Shown here: positions 62,125 through 64,000 of the stretch, piece by piece | Position numbering within the stretch: position 1 is the stretch's first letter | Layout: each line of letters starts with the position of its first letter | Assembly (NCBI GenBank): GCA_032718475.1 | Contig: JAUCBJ010008172.1 | Coordinates: 1-64,000 of the forward strand | Direction of reading: 5' to 3' | Origin: Nemertoderma westbladi | Taxonomy: Eukaryota; Animalia; Xenacoelomorpha | Length of the DNA: 64,000 nucleotides | Notes under the pieces: model-generated | Told to the model about the DNA's origin: nothing | Seen by the model: the letters and a program-made list of their open reading frames with translations, nothing else | Databases searched by the model: none | Program-made: the position numbers and the translations under genes

Positions 62125-64000
62125 GTTTGTTTACACAGTTGAATGCCTACGGCTATAAATACAGTTAAAGTAAGTCTAGTAATTCAGTATCACTGTTAGC
62201 CTAATAATTAATTACCGATACTGCTACTCAGTGTAACGGGGTATATATATAAAATATATTAGAATACCGGTATGCTTATAGTATATATAAGTATTATTTC
62301 AGACTAGACTTATCACAGAATACCGGTATGTAATTTCAGCACAAATATATAAAAATATATAATAGGCCTATCGTGAATACCGGTATACAGCTTACACTTA
62401 TAGTAGATATAAGTATAATTCTGGACTAGAATTAATTACAGAATACCGGTATAATTTCAGCCTAAATTTATAGAATAAATATAATAAGCCTATTGTAAAT
62501 ACCGGTATGTCAATTATTTTAGAATAATTGAATTTCTGAAATTTTAGGGTTACGTACTTAGTTACTTTAATTTACTTGTTCACCGTTATTTAAGCAGTAG
62601 TCCAACTGATTTTAAGACCTAAGTGTTGTATAACAGGCCTACTATTTTATTAATAGATTTAGTGGATTTATATGTACCCGTATGAGGGGTTTTGTTACAA
62701 TATTGAAATAGATGTTATTATTTCTAGGAAGTAATCACTACATAAAAGCTGTGTGCTCTCAGTGAAGTGCTACTTATTGGACACTAAAACAGATAATTCT
62801 ACTTCCTAAGTTACTTATTTACGAATTACTTACGATACGGGTGAGATTAATTCTCTAACTAAACACAACAAAATATTACGTACGAAATTTTAGGGTAATT
62901 TTACAGGGAAACTACAAACCAGTCTAACAAAGGGTTAGAACTTCTGGTTATTACAACGGACAGGATACTACGGTATTTGAAAATAATAAGTAGTAGTAAA
63001 TACACTGTGTTGTCCAGATAGGAAAATACCACCGTCTGACGACCTATAGCCGTATCGCTATAGGTACTACGTTATGTATCACGGAGTGTCCCTACCTAGA
63101 AGTTAATTACCGCGGACTACCAGATCCAACGTGCCTATTAACCACTTTACAACACAATACACTGCCCACACACTAATTACTTTCGGAAAGCACTGTACAC
63201 CAAACCCTAAATTAGGTAGAAGTACTTATTAAACAGATAACTAGCAGTTAAATATACTTGAACAGTTAAAAGAACCACGGCATCTGCTGGAGTGACCAAA
63301 GCACAAAATCTCCGGTCTTTACCTACGCCAAGCAGCCCGTGTAGTACCGGGGTTAATTTAACTATAACGGTATGTATAACAAGCACAATTACTGTAGGAA
63401 TAAACTTGGGGACATGAATGTTGCGAATAATCGCATAAACTCTGAATAATAAATATTACGCTACCCGTACAGAATACTCAAACAAAATCCAAACCAAACG
63501 CTGGCAGACTACTATCAAGCCTAAATAAACTACAGTATGTGCAGATTCCAAAATGGTTAGTTAGTATGCGTTCTAACACGGTAGTACGACTTATTCTTTA
63601 GAAGGGGGTTGACCTTACAACTCAAGATGCCCCAACTTACTAACTGGCACTTTATCGGACAGACTCTACACACGCCACAATCTCTCCAGACCCAACAACA
63701 GCCAGACAACAATCCAGCCTACAAAATATCTGAGTAATAACTATTACGGTACCTGAACAGACCACACAAACAAACACAGGCTAAAACACTGGCAGACTAC
63801 TATCAAGCCTAAATAAACTACAGTATATGCAGATTCCAAAATGGTTAGTTAGTATGCGTTCTAACACGGTAGTACGACATATTCTTTAGGAGGGGGTTGA
63901 CCTTACAACTCAAGATGCCCCAACTTACTAACTGGCACTTTATCGGACAGACTCTACATGCACTGCAATCCGTTCAGACCCAACAACAGTCAGAACCACA

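Larger units (their letters stand above)
53869..64000 (-). mobile_element. Second, diverged copy of the RT-less Gag-protease LTR element (5' LTR beyond the window)
   Basis: 3' LTR at 53869-55124, same PPT, colinear with 23086-33040. Predicted TSD GATAT (53864-53868). Confidence 0.92.

Overview
This is repeat-dense animal genomic DNA, almost entirely nested mobile elements. The only host gene is one coding exon of a PRPF40/Prp40-like double-WW gene (2817-3155, minus strand). The scaffold of 5143-52551 looks Polinton/Maverick-derived. It has AGTAGT termini at both ends and inverted arms of about 2.7 kb encoding a probable tandem PC4-like ssDNA-binding protein and an acidic ORF. A decayed core lies between the arms: PolB C-terminus, TBP-like protein, core protein, packaging ATPase, integrase-chromodomain and minor capsid. 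Inserted into it are (i) a 14.2-kb Bel/Pao LTR retrotransposon (6727-20882, TSD TTGAC) with a ~16-copy hairpin array and an intact 869-codon extra ORF encoding a DEDDy-type 3'-5' exonuclease plus three CCHC knuckles; (ii) a 5'-truncated RTE LINE, itself interrupted by (iii) a 12.6-kb RT-less Bel/Pao-derived Gag-protease element (21925-34488, TSD GACTC) with its own accessory ORF; (iv) two tandem Helentron/DINE-1-like units; and (v) an old Bel/Pao pol fragment and a Penelope GIY-YIG fragment. A second, diverged copy of the RT-less element starts at 53869 and runs off the window, and a related solo LTR lies at 4368-5027. Most notable: neither complete LTR element has a tRNA-type PBS, and in both the bases right after the 5' LTR are complementary to a sequence inside their own LTR, the geometry of Tf1-type self-priming. 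All calls were made by eye without database searches.
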